Notes under the pieces: generated by a model | Seen by the model: the letters and a program-made list of their open reading frames with translations, nothing else | Told to the model about the DNA's origin: nothing | The model's database searches: none | Assembly: GCA_963921275.4 (NCBI GenBank) | Contig: OZ001293.3 | Span: 3,840,001 to 3,904,000, forward strand | Direction: 5' to 3' | From: an uncultured Hormoscilla sp. | GTDB taxonomy: Bacteria > Cyanobacteriota > Cyanobacteriia > Cyanobacteriales > Desertifilaceae | Length of the DNA: 64,000 nt | Position numbers and translations under genes: made by a program | In this document: piece by piece, positions 51,017-61,511 of the stretch | Layout of the letters: every line of letters starts with the position of its first letter | How positions within the stretch are numbered: the stretch's first letter is position 1

Positions 51017-54000
51017 ATGAATGATATTGAAGACATTTACGAATTAAGCCCTATGCAGCAGGGGATTCTGTTCCACAGTCTTTACGAACAGAGTGATGGC
51101 ATGTATTTCCATATGCTAGCTTGGACTTTGGAAGGCCCGTTGAATGTAGATGCTTTCAAGCAAGCGTGGCATCAAGTTGTGGCTAGACACGCGGTGTTGC
51201 GGACTTCTTTCCACTGGCAAGAGTTGGAAAAACCCCTACAGGTGGTTCATTCTACGATCGAGTTGCCTTGGCTAAATATATCCTGGCAGGGAAAGACTGA
51301 GTTAGAAGAGAAGCGATCTGCCTTTATAAAGGCAGATCGCAGCCAAGGTTTTGAACTGGATGAAGCCCCCTTGATGCGCTGTGCTTTGATAGAGTTAGGC
51401 TCCGATCGCTACGAATTTGTCTGGAGTCTGCATCATCTGTTGCTTGATGGTTGGAGTATGGCGATCGTCCTGAAGGAAGTGTTTGAGTTATATGAGGCGA
51501 TCGCAGTGGGGAAAGATTTATATTTACCGCCCCCGCTCCCCTTCCGAGAGTATATCACTTGGTTGCAAGAGCAAGACTTGTCCCAGGCGAAAGCATACTG
51601 GCAACAAACCCTCCAGGGCTTTAAGATGCCTACTGTCATGCCTGGCATTCAGGGGCCAAAAAATCATCAAACCCATTACCAGGAGCAACATTTTAATTTA
51701 GCCGCAAGTACTACCAAGGCGTTACAGTCTTTAGCTCGCGCAAATGGTTTGACATTAAGTACAATTTTACAGGGTGCCTGGGCCCTACTGCTAAGTTGCT
51801 ACAGTGGGGAGTCAGATGTTGTCTTTGGAGTTACGGTTTCCGGTCGCCCGCCTTCTTTATCGAGAGTAGAATCGATGGTGGGGGTGTCGATCAATACATT
51901 ACCAATGCGCGTGCAACTGCCTGATTTGTCGTTTCCGACAGCAGGGGAACTATGGCCTTGGTTGAGAAAGTTGCAGGCCCAGCAGGTAGAACAGCAACAA
52001 TACTCCTTTATGCCTCTGGTGGAAATTCAAACTCTGAGTGAAGTACCCCAAGGTATGTTTGAGAGTATTGTGATTTTTCAGAACTATCCGATAGATCCTG
52101 TCAGCACCAGGCAGGGAGACTTGCAAATAGGTCAAATTAAAGGGACTGGACATACTAATTATCCCCTGACAGTCATGGCCAGTCCAGGTGCGGAATTGTC
52201 AGTACGGATAAAGTATGATGGCACTCGCTTTCACCTCAAGACCATAAGCTCGATCGCCAGAGACTTACAATTGGTATTAGAGGCGATCGCGACTAATCGA
52301 GAGCCCCAAATTGCTTCATTAATCACCAAGTTGCATAAATTGGGCAAACCGCTTAAACTGCAACAGCTGGAAGTGGCGTTGATGTCTGCTCCTGAAGTAG
52401 AAGATTGTTACATATTAGAACGAGAAAACACCATAGTTGCTTATGTAGTATTATCATCTGCATTGACGGAGCCAGAAAAACTCAATAATCATTTGCAAGC
52501 TCAACTCTATACTTACCAAGCACCAGATGTATATGTAAAAATATCGGCTTTACCCCTGACAGATACAGGAGAAATTGACGAAGTGGCCCTGGGGCGAATA
52601 CCGGTCTTGGATGAGGAGTTGGCACAACGCTGGGAAAAACAACTGCAAGAACTGCCAGAAATTGAGCGCGTAGCGGTGGTCGTTCGACCTGAAACTAAGA
52701 GTTTACCACCCTTACATTTATCTGACTTACTACCCCAAGTAGGGTGGGCACCGCCCACCAACGGCACCGCCCACCAACAGGCGGTTTCCGGTGATGACAT
52801 CACGCCAGTCCCAGAAAGCCAAGTGGCGATCGCCAAGGCCCGATCGCGGGAAATGGCCATCAGTCACGGAGGACCGCTAGAATATCGACAAGATTGGCCG
52901 CGTACCCTTGCAGAACTATTGCCAGTGGCGGCCCTCAAAAGCAGTCAGAAGATCCTATACATACAGCGGGATGGTACGGAGTTATGGCAATCCTATGGGG
53001 ATTTACTTCAAAAGGCCCAAAGCATAAATGGGGGTTTGAAAGCACTAGGTCTCCAGCCCCAAGATAAGGTAATACTGCAACTTAAACATCCCCAAGATTT
53101 TATTCCGGCATTTTGGGGCTGCATTCTGGGAGGGTTTGTACCGGTACCCCTGGGTGTAGCCCCTACTTATAGCCAAGTCAATAATGCGGTGCAGAAATTG
53201 CAGAATGCCTGGCAGATGCTAGAAAAGCCGTTCGTCTTGGCAAGCGCAGAACTGGTGCAGGCGATCGCTTCTTTGTCAGAACTTCTGGGTTTAGAGAATT
53301 TGCAAGTAGAAAGCTGCGATCGCCTGGGAGAGTACGACCCAGAACCGAATTATCATCTGAGTCAGCCAGAGGATTTAGCAATATTACTTCTAACGTCTGG
53401 AAGTACGGGCATGCCAAAGGGAGTTATGCTGAGTCATCGGAATATCTTAAGTAGCGTTGCGGCCACCTCGGAAGTCAGCCAATTGACCCGAGAAGATATA
53501 TCACTCAATTGGCTTCCCCTAGACCATCCCGGGCCTCTGATTCGCTGCTGTATCCGCTGCGTATTCCTCGCTTGCCAACAAATACACGCACCCACAGATC
53601 TGGTTTTACAAGATCCGCTAATCTGGTTTGATTGGTTGGAACGCTATGGGGTGACGAGTACTTGGAGTCCTAATTTTGCCTTTACCCTCGTTAACGATCA
53701 AGCCGCTGAAATTAAACAGCGGAGGTGGAATTTGTCTGCTGTCAGGTCTTTGTTGAATACTGCCGAACCCATTGTGCCCCAAACTGCACAAAGATTTTGG
53801 GAATTATTTGCCGGGCATCAGTTAGCTGCCCGGGCCATGCATTCTTCTTGGGGCATGGCAGAAACTGCTTCCGGGGTGACTTTTTCCGATCAGTTTTTGC
53901 AGGTCAACCCGACCCAGACTTCTTTTGCCGAATTAGGACTTCCCATCCCCGGGGTTTCTTTGCGCATCGTTAATGGGGAAAATGAAGTGATAGAATGCGG

Positions 54001-57000
54001 GGCGATCGGCTATTTACAAGTCAAGGGGGAAACGGTCACGCGGGGTTATTATCACAACGAGGAACTCAATCGGGAAGTCTTTACTACAGATGGCTGGTTT
54101 GCTACAGGGGATATCGGATTTATACAGGAGGGACGCTTAACGATTACGGGACGGGAAAAAGATGTGATTATTATTAATGGAGTTAATTATTACAGTCACG
54201 AAATTGAAGCGGCGATCGAAAAACTGCCAGAGATTGAACTGTCATACACGGCAGCGGTATCTGTAGAAGGAGATAAGTTGGCGGTCTTTTTCTCGACTCC
54301 ATGCAAGGATAGCCAGTTGCGGAACAAATTAGCAGAGATTCAGCAGCAAGTGGTCAGTCAAATTGGCATTAAACCCGATTATTTACTTCCCGTACAGAAG
54401 ACAGTCATTCCCAAAACTTCCATTGGCAAAATTCAGCGATCGCAACTCAGTCAGGCTTTTGCAGCTGGGGAATTCAAGGAGATTCTCAAACAAGTAGATA
54501 TCCTGTTAGAAAATGCTAACACCCTTCCCGACTGGTTTTACCGCCAAGTATGGCAAGCAAAACAAGTGCGCCGATTGCAGGAATTGTCAGCAGGACTAAC
54601 ATTAATATTTGTCGATTCATTAGGCTTGGGGGATTATATCGGCGAGCGACTGCTAGAGGAAAAGCAAGAGATTATTAAAGTATCGGTAGGGTCGGAATTT
54701 GTTCAAGTAAGTGCCGATCGCTACAGGCTCGACCCCCAAAAAGCAGAACATTATCAACAGTTGCTAGAAACTATAGCAGCTGCAAAGATTTATCTGATTC
54801 TACATTTGTGGAATTACACCGAGGATCGGGGGAAAATTTCCAGTCTGGCAGAATTAGAAAAAGCTCAAAATACCGGAGTTTACAGTTTACTATTCCTCGT
54901 CCAAGCCTTGGCCAAGGTGCAAGGCGATCGAGATGAAGTCCAGTTGCTATGGATTTCCAGTCATAGCCAGTCCGTAGAAGCAACTGAGGAGATCGCATGG
55001 GAAAAATCCTCAGTTATGGGATTGCTGAAAACGGTACCTCAAGAAATGCCCATGTGGAACTGTCGTCATGTCGATTTAGCTGTCGATCTAGCTGTCGAGG
55101 GAGTGGAAGTAAACGGGGATAATATTCTGGCGGAGATGCAGGATCCAACGGGAGAACCAGAAGTAGCCTATCGCCACGGACAGCGTTTAGTTATCCGTCT
55201 GGAACGAGTCAAATGGTCGGGCAAATTAGGCCAAGCAATACCTTTTCAGAAAGGCGGTAGCTATCTGATTACTGGCGGACTGGGAGGCATAGGGGTAGAA
55301 ATTGCTAAATACCTGCTGGAACATTATCAAGCCAGGTTACTATTGGTGGGTAGAACCCCCCTACAGACAGAGAAACTAGCAGCTATAGAGCAATTACAGC
55401 AGCTGGGTGGGACTGTAATTTATGAAACAGTCGATATCTGCGATCGCCCGAGGATGTCAGCCATCATATCGGACTGGGGCGAGTTAGATGGGATCGTTCA
55501 CTTAGCAGGTGTAGCCCATGACAGTTTGCTAGTAGAAGAAATCCACTCAGGATTTGCCACCGCCTTGCAAGGGAAGGTGTATGGCACCTGGGTACTGCAC
55601 CAATTGATTAAAGATCGCCCCGATTGTCTTTTTATCAACTTCTCTTCTGTCAACGGCTTTTTTGGCGGGACAACAGTAGGCGCTTATGCTGCGGCCAACA
55701 GTTTCCTGGATGCTTTTTCTGACTATCAAAGAAACCACAGTCAGTTACATAGCTATTGCTTTGCTTGGAGTATGTGGGACGAAACTGGCATGAGTCGCGG
55801 CTATCAAATGAAAGAACTCAGTCACGCACGCGGTTACTATCCCATTGGTAAGCAGCAAGGAATTAAATCTTTTTTGGCCGGCATGAGTTGGGGTCCGACA
55901 AGGTTGGCCATCGGTTTAGATGGCAGCAAGGCCAATATACAGCGCTATCTACCTGCATGTGACGGCTTAGAAAAATTAACAGCCTATTTTACTGGCACAG
56001 TACCCGCAAGTCTGCCGCAACCACCATCCGATCGCTACGGCACTCCTACCCCCTGGGAGTTAACGCCAGTACCGGAAATGCCCCTTACCGATAGCGGTGA
56101 AATAGATTTGCACAAGCTAGCAGGAAAAATTACATCCCTTAAAACAGGCGATCGGGTAGGGCCCCGGAACGAGATCGAACTTGAAATTGCACAGATCTGG
56201 CAAGAAGTGCTGGCAATCGATCATATAGGCATTTATGATAACTTCTTCCAATTGGGAGGACATTCGCTGCGTGTACTCCAAGTCATCTATCGCTTGCAGA
56301 ACTTTTTTGCTGTAGACTTACCCTTGCAAAGCCTCTTTAATACTCCTACTATTGCCAGTTTAGCCGCAGCAATTGCACGGCAGCATCCCCAGCAAGCCAA
56401 CTCTAGCCTAGTTCCCATTCAGCCAAAGGGGAAGCGATCGCCCTTTTTCTGCGTCCATCCCGTGGGTGGTAATGTGCTGTGCTATGCCAGTCTAGCCCGC
56501 CATCTGGGAGAAGAACAGCCATTTTATGGACTGCAATCACTAGGTCTGAATGGAGAAGAAGAACCCCTGACCAGTCTGGAAGACATGGCAACCCATTATA
56601 TTCAGGCCATTCAGACTATGCAGCCCTCCGGTCCCTATTATATAGGCGGCTGGTCTTTAGGAGGAGCGATCGCTTTTGAAATGGCCCAACAGTTGTCAGC
56701 ATCAGGAGAAGAAATAGGGTTGCTAGCATTGCTGGACAGCTACACGCCTCAAGTAATCGCTCGGGTCAACGACCAACGTAAGGGCCTATTGTCGCAAATG
56801 TTAAATGTAGCGCTTGATGATGCCACCTTAGCTTCCTACTACTTCGCCCAAGACCTGGGTAGTCTTTTAGGAAAAGAGCTGCAAATATCAGTGGAGCAGC
56901 TACAGCAACTAGATCTAGATGCACAGTTGACATATATCTTGGAGCAGGCTAAGATAGAGAAAGTTATACCACCCGAGCTAGGACTAAGGCAAATTCGTCG

Positions 57001-57229
57001 CCTGTTCCAGGTATTCCAGGCCAACATCCAAGCGCGGCTTCACTATCGCCCCCAACCATATGCGGGTCGGATAGTCCTGTTTCTTGCTAGCGAACAAACG
57101 GTGGAGGACGATCGAGGTTGGGACAGTCTGGCAATAGGAGGGATAGAGAAACACTTGATTAATGGAGGACATTACCAGCTGATCGAAAGTCGGATTCTGG
57201 GAGAGAAACTCAAGGTTTATCTAGCCTAA
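51017..57229 (+). CDS. Terminal depsipeptide module: C(DCL-like)-pseudo-Asub-A(alpha-keto acid)-KR-T-TE
   Basis: HHLLLDGWS. A-subdomain remnant before the A core (LPLTDTGEID). LTSGSTGMPKG, and WLPLDHPG lacking the amino-binding Asp. KR motifs TGGLGGIG and YAAAN. T motif GGHSL. TE motif GWSLG. Confidence 0.9.
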   Translation: MNDIEDIYELSPMQQGILFHSLYEQSDGMYFHMLAWTLEGPLNVDAFKQAWHQVVARHAVLRTSFHWQELEKPLQVVHSTIELPWLNISWQGKTELEEKRSAFIKADRSQGFELDEAPLMRCALIELGSDRYEFVWSLHHLLLDGWSMAIVLKEVFELYEAIAVGKDLYLPPPLPFREYITWLQEQDLSQAKAYWQQTLQGFKMPTVMPGIQGPKNHQTHYQEQHFNLAASTTKALQSLARANGLTLSTILQGAWALLLSCYSGESDVVFGVTVSGRPPSLSRVESMVGVSINTLPMRVQLPDLSFPTAGELWPWLRKLQAQQVEQQQYSFMPLVEIQTLSEVPQGMFESIVIFQNYPIDPVSTRQGDLQIGQIKGTGHTNYPLTVMASPGAELSVRIKYDGTRFHLKTISSIARDLQLVLEAIATNREPQIASLITKLHKLGKPLKLQQLEVALMSAPEVEDCYILERENTIVAYVVLSSALTEPEKLNNHLQAQLYTYQAPDVYVKISALPLTDTGEIDEVALGRIPVLDEELAQRWEKQLQELPEIERVAVVVRPETKSLPPLHLSDLLPQVGWAPPTNGTAHQQAVSGDDITPVPESQVAIAKARSREMAISHGGPLEYRQDWPRTLAELLPVAALKSSQKILYIQRDGTELWQSYGDLLQKAQSINGGLKALGLQPQDKVILQLKHPQDFIPAFWGCILGGFVPVPLGVAPTYSQVNNAVQKLQNAWQMLEKPFVLASAELVQAIASLSELLGLENLQVESCDRLGEYDPEPNYHLSQPEDLAILLLTSGSTGMPKGVMLSHRNILSSVAATSEVSQLTREDISLNWLPLDHPGPLIRCCIRCVFLACQQIHAPTDLVLQDPLIWFDWLERYGVTSTWSPNFAFTLVNDQAAEIKQRRWNLSAVRSLLNTAEPIVPQTAQRFWELFAGHQLAARAMHSSWGMAETASGVTFSDQFLQVNPTQTSFAELGLPIPGVSLRIVNGENEVIECGAIGYLQVKGETVTRGYYHNEELNREVFTTDGWFATGDIGFIQEGRLTITGREKDVIIINGVNYYSHEIEAAIEKLPEIELSYTAAVSVEGDKLAVFFSTPCKDSQLRNKLAEIQQQVVSQIGIKPDYLLPVQKTVIPKTSIGKIQRSQLSQAFAAGEFKEILKQVDILLENANTLPDWFYRQVWQAKQVRRLQELSAGLTLIFVDSLGLGDYIGERLLEEKQEIIKVSVGSEFVQVSADRYRLDPQKAEHYQQLLETIAAAKIYLILHLWNYTEDRGKISSLAELEKAQNTGVYSLLFLVQALAKVQGDRDEVQLLWISSHSQSVEATEEIAWEKSSVMGLLKTVPQEMPMWNCRHVDLAVDLAVEGVEVNGDNILAEMQDPTGEPEVAYRHGQRLVIRLERVKWSGKLGQAIPFQKGGSYLITGGLGGIGVEIAKYLLEHYQARLLLVGRTPLQTEKLAAIEQLQQLGGTVIYETVDICDRPRMSAIISDWGELDGIVHLAGVAHDSLLVEEIHSGFATALQGKVYGTWVLHQLIKDRPDCLFINFSSVNGFFGGTTVGAYAAANSFLDAFSDYQRNHSQLHSYCFAWSMWDETGMSRGYQMKELSHARGYYPIGKQQGIKSFLAGMSWGPTRLAIGLDGSKANIQRYLPACDGLEKLTAYFTGTVPASLPQPPSDRYGTPTPWELTPVPEMPLTDSGEIDLHKLAGKITSLKTGDRVGPRNEIELEIAQIWQEVLAIDHIGIYDNFFQLGGHSLRVLQVIYRLQNFFAVDLPLQSLFNTPTIASLAAAIARQHPQQANSSLVPIQPKGKRSPFFCVHPVGGNVLCYASLARHLGEEQPFYGLQSLGLNGEEEPLTSLEDMATHYIQAIQTMQPSGPYYIGGWSLGGAIAFEMAQQLSASGEEIGLLALLDSYTPQVIARVNDQRKGLLSQMLNVALDDATLASYYFAQDLGSLLGKELQISVEQLQQLDLDAQLTYILEQAKIEKVIPPELGLRQIRRLFQVFQANIQARLHYRPQPYAGRIVLFLASEQTVEDDRGWDSLAIGGIEKHLINGGHYQLIESRILGEKLKVYLA

Positions 57230-57263
57230 GAGGGTGTGGTCAAAAATAGTTGCACATGGGATA

Positions 57264-57303
57264 CCCCCAAACCCCCCCCCTTTGGAAGGGGGGGGTTTGG
57301 GGG
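57264..57303. terminator. GC-rich hairpin after the last NRPS gene (terminator or palindromic repeat)
   Basis: CCCCCAAACCCCCCCCCTT-TGG-AAGGGGGGGGTTTGGGGG, with no U-tract. Confidence 0.45.
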
Positions 57304-57406
57304 GATCCGACGACTGGGAGGGCCCATGTTAGATCGACGGGTTTTGACCACACCCAGCCTAAGATAGAATAAAAATAGACTAAAAATTTGAAAGGAGAGT
57401 AAAAAG

Positions 57407-58942
57407 ATGGCACGTGAATTGTCTCAGAGCGATTTAGCAACATTCAATCAAAAGGTTTTGGAGACTAAGGATAAATATAAAGTACCAGGGGCCTCGGTGA
57501 CCATCGTACAGAACAACAAATTAATCTTTGCCTCAGGGTATGGCGTGCGCAATATAGAGACGAAGGAACCGATGACCCCAGAAACAGTTTGTCCCCTAGG
57601 CTCAATGAGCAAGTCATTTACAGCGCTGATGAATGCTACCCAAGTAGACGAGGGACATTTTACCTGGGATACATTGGTGAAAGACATTAGCCCAATATAT
57701 GAGTTTCCCAATGCCTCATGCGCGGACCAGATCAAGGTGTATCATTTAATGAATATGTCCACTGGTATGGGCGAGCCCGCGAGTATTTACGACCATGTCG
57801 GTGAATATGAAGAGAATTACATTTACTGGAACGATCAGTCTCCAGCATACGTGATTAAATCATTGACAACTGCACCCATTAAGGGAGAACCGGGAACTGT
57901 ATTTTATTACAACAATGAGGTATATTCATGTGCGGGTTATTTAAGCCCGTTGCAGCAGGGCACAGACCCATCCAAAATGCTCTAAGCTTACAAGGATTTG
58001 ATGTACAAAAAGGTATTTAATCCTATTGGGATGACAAGCACCCACATCACACCAGACATCTCCAGCATCACCAAAAATTATGCCGTTAGTTACGGAGTAA
58101 AAGTCCAGAATAATACTATTGGGCCACTGGAAATGGGTTGCAATTCCATTAACAGCATTAATGGAATTGCTCCAGCTGGTCAGATTGTTTCCAATGTTAT
58201 GGACCTGAGTCTTTATGCCATGACGTTGTTAAATGATGGTGTTGTGCCCTCAAGCGGACATCGAGTAGTCAGTACGGAAAATTTGCAAGAACTTTGGAAA
58301 TCTCGCATTGACACGAAGGGCGGAATTCCAGGTCTTACCAATGATGTTCACTATGGCTTAGGCTGGGAAATCGATAAAGTCACTGACAAAAACCACAGCT
58401 TTGAAGTCTACTGTCATGGTGGGTTTCTGCCAGCCTGGTTATCGTGGATACAGGTAGTCCCAGATTCTAATGTCGGATTGGCCATCCTCACCAACAACTG
58501 GTCTGGCCGATATCTGGCAATGGAAATGGGACAAGAATTGCTCAAATTGGTTTACGGTGAAGACTTAAAATTCGATGTTGATGTTAACAAATATTACCAA
58601 AACACAATTCAAAAGTTAATAGCAGATCAGGGACCCCTGCCTTCTTCTTATCAGGTCGAACGAGATGATGTTGCCCCTATTATAGGTAACTATCATGGGG
58701 GCTGGACTGTGGAAGTTGACAAGAAGAATTACCTCGTGCTGTATAAAACTGGCTGGATTTATTATTTGTTTCCCACTCAAGCAGGCCCAGTTGTTAAAGG
58801 GAAAAATCAATTCGTCATCTGGGCATCCAATCACAACGGGTATTTGAAAGGGAAGGAAAACAAAGTTGACTTCTACATTGATTCTGTCTGGGGAGTCACC
58901 ATGACATCTGCGATGGGAGAAGTGAAACGCTGGGCGGCATAA
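57407..58942 (+). pseudogene. Beta-lactamase-fold serine hydrolase, paralog 3, with a single in-frame nonsense codon
   Basis: ORFs 57407-57985 and 57998-58942 are in the same frame. TAA at 57983 (SKML*AYKDLM) stands where the paralogs have Q (SQLLQAYKQLM). Confidence 0.88.
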
Positions 58943-59028
58943 TAATCACTCATGATGGGCATCTCTTGACTTGATGTCTATCTTCGAGTGACAGCATGAA
59001 GTTGAGGGATTTGCATAAGGAGAGTAGA

Positions 59029-60573
59029 ATGACGGATAACCAGAATAATTTGGCTAACAACCAGAGTGGGTTAGATTACAACGCATTAGACGAGTTTGAG
59101 CAAAAATTTGAAGAAGAACGAATATATTACCAGGTTCCTGGTGCAGCATTAGCGATCGTGTATGGAAACGAATTAATTAAAGCTAGTGGCTATGGCGTGC
59201 GGGACATAAAAACACAGGAACCGGTGACCGCAGAAACAGTTTTCCCGATCGGTTCAATGAGCAAATCAATGACCAGCATCATGAATGCGACCCAAGTGGA
59301 GGCCGGGATATTTGGTTGGGACACATTGGTGAAGGACATTAGCCCGCAGTTTAAGTTTGCTAATCAGCAAACCACAGACAATCTCCAGGTGCAGCACGTA
59401 ATCGGGATGCGTGCTGGCATACAAGATCCGATCGGCCCTTACCACTATGCTAATAACAAATATTGGGAGGAACAGTCAGCACCGTATTTAGTCAAGTCCT
59501 TGGCCACGGCCCCTTTTCAGGCAATAACTGGAAAGGTATTTCACTACGGCAACGAATCTTATGCCAGCAGTGGTTACTTCTCTCCGTTGAAGCGGGGTTT
59601 AGAGGCATCGCAATTGCTGCAAGAATACAAGAATTTGATGCGTCAGAAGATATTTAAACCCATTGGGATGACAAAGACCAGCATTACACCAATTTGTTCA
59701 AGCATTAGTGACGACTATGTAACAAGCTACGGACTAGATACTAGCAATGGACGGGCAAGTATGATGGCACAAGCCCCCATCAGCATTAGCAATGTTAATG
59801 GCATCGCGCCAGCAGGTCAAGTAGTCTCAAATGCTATGGACTTGAGTCTTTATGCCCGGATGTTGTTAAACAATGGTGTGGCGATTAATGGCACGCAAAT
59901 CATCACCGCAGAAAGTCTGAACAAGATTTGGAGTGACACAATTGATGCCCCTGACTTCCCCGGTCTGACTAACACGACTAAATATGGTCTGGGTTGGGAG
60001 ATCCAAGAAGTTGAACTAACAAACCCAAACCGCAAAATTGAGGCGATCGCCCATGGGGGTCTTCTTCCGGCTTGGGTAACTTGGCTGATGGTAGTTCCAG
60101 ATCAACGTTTCGGATTGGTGGTCCTCACCAATAGTTGGTCTGGTTTCTACTTTATATTCGAGATGGCGCAGGAGTTTATGAAAGTGATTTACGGCAGCAG
60201 CAATATTGATGACTCGCAATTCATCAATTATCGTCAACAATACCAGGCATACGTCGAGGAATTGCCGAAAAAAATTCAGGAGAAAGTCTCATCATATAAA
60301 GTTCAACGGAACGAAGTAGAATCACTGTTGGGAAACTACGAAGGGGGCTGGAACGTAGAAGTAAACGAGTCAAATCAATTGGTTTTGTTTAAGTCAGGAT
60401 GGGTTCATTACCTGTTTCCTAGCAAAGCGGGTCAAAACCAATACATTATCGGGGCCAGCAACGACAATATATATCTAAACGAGAAACGACATGATGTCAG
60501 CTTCTCCATTGACCCCAATACATCAAAGATGACTATGCATTCAGCAATGGGCAACGTTGCCAAATTAGTCTAG
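59029..60573 (+). CDS. Beta-lactamase-fold serine hydrolase, paralog 4 (copy 1)
   Basis: IGSMSKS, HYGNE, AHGGL; RBS AAGGAG precedes ATG 59029. Confidence 0.9.
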   Translation: MTDNQNNLANNQSGLDYNALDEFEQKFEEERIYYQVPGAALAIVYGNELIKASGYGVRDIKTQEPVTAETVFPIGSMSKSMTSIMNATQVEAGIFGWDTLVKDISPQFKFANQQTTDNLQVQHVIGMRAGIQDPIGPYHYANNKYWEEQSAPYLVKSLATAPFQAITGKVFHYGNESYASSGYFSPLKRGLEASQLLQEYKNLMRQKIFKPIGMTKTSITPICSSISDDYVTSYGLDTSNGRASMMAQAPISISNVNGIAPAGQVVSNAMDLSLYARMLLNNGVAINGTQIITAESLNKIWSDTIDAPDFPGLTNTTKYGLGWEIQEVELTNPNRKIEAIAHGGLLPAWVTWLMVVPDQRFGLVVLTNSWSGFYFIFEMAQEFMKVIYGSSNIDDSQFINYRQQYQAYVEELPKKIQEKVSSYKVQRNEVESLLGNYEGGWNVEVNESNQLVLFKSGWVHYLFPSKAGQNQYIIGASNDNIYLNEKRHDVSFSIDPNTSKMTMHSAMGNVAKLV

Positions 60574-60601
60574 TTTGGTAATTAGACATAAGCCTTCTGA
60601 T

Positions 60602-60640
60602 GACCTCAGACCTCAGCCATTGACGCTGATGTCTGAGGTC
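60602..60640 (+). terminator. Hairpin after hydrolase 4 (repeated at 63085-63123)
   Basis: GACCTCAGACCTCAGC...GCTGATGTCTGAGGTC. Confidence 0.55.
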
Positions 60641-60803
60641 TGATAGCTAAATAATGACAATTATCTGGCGTAAGCTGTCGTGCATTTAAATTGCATAGCT
60701 TCAGATCCTTGCTCTCTATGACTTTCCCAATGCAAGAATTTTGAATGAGAGAATTTTGAATTGCTTAGAGACTGGTGAGGGAAAAAATCAGGCGATCGAA
60801 GGC

Positions 60804-60832
60804 TTGACAGTATGATGATTGTTGGCTATAGT
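60804..60832 (+). promoter_or_regulatory. Sigma70-type promoter (repeated at 63287-63315)
   Basis: TTGACA-N17-TATAGT. Confidence 0.65.
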
Positions 60833-60874
60833 ATTTTGTGACCTATAAATTTGGCCAGCTCTGTAAGTTCAAAT

Positions 60875-61330
60875 ATGATGAAGATCGAAAAGACAAGCTT
60901 ATTGCTAAGCATAGGATGTTGCATAATCATCATCTGCTTATATCTGACTAAAATTGTCCCAACGGTAGCCGCAGAGATGCCAAAGGATTTTAGTTCAAAT
61001 TTGTTTGAGACTAAGTCGCTAGTTAACACTTCTGGCAACACCTATCTAATGGACAAGCATGCTTGGACAATATTTGCTCAAATCAATCAGAAAGCACCTA
61101 GACAATGTCCAGGGACAAATAATAGTATTTGGGAAACTTGGGCCGATAACGGGGAGACCTTTCTACGGGAAAAACCAACATGGGCTGGACTGTGGAAGTT
61201 GACAAGAAGAATTACCTCGTGCTGTATAAAACTGGCTGGATTTATTATTTGTTTCCCACTCAAGCAGGCCCAGTTGTTAAAGGGAAAAATCAATTCGTCA
61301 TCTGGGCATCCAATCACAACGGGTATTTGA
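60875..61330 (+). pseudogene. 5' part of a secreted/membrane protein gene cut at the duplication junction (repeated at 63358-63813)
   Basis: Signal-like N-terminus, then AWTIFAQIN...IWETWAD. After 61181 it reads out of frame into the hydrolase 3 tail. Confidence 0.7.
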
Positions 61331-61511
61331 AAGGAAAGGAAAACAAAGTTGACTTCTACATTGATTCTGTCTGGGGAGTCACCATGACATCTGCGATGGG
61401 AGAAGTGAAACGCTGGGCGGCATAATAATCACTCATGATGGGCATCTCTTGACTTGATGTCTATCTTCGAGTGACAGCATGAAGTTGAGGGATTTGCATA
61501 AGGAGAGTAGA

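Noticed and set aside
61180..61425. 81-aa ORF (also 63663-63908) as an independent gene
   Set aside because: It is the duplicated 3' tail of hydrolase 3 with an ATG created at the junction; expression is unsupported.
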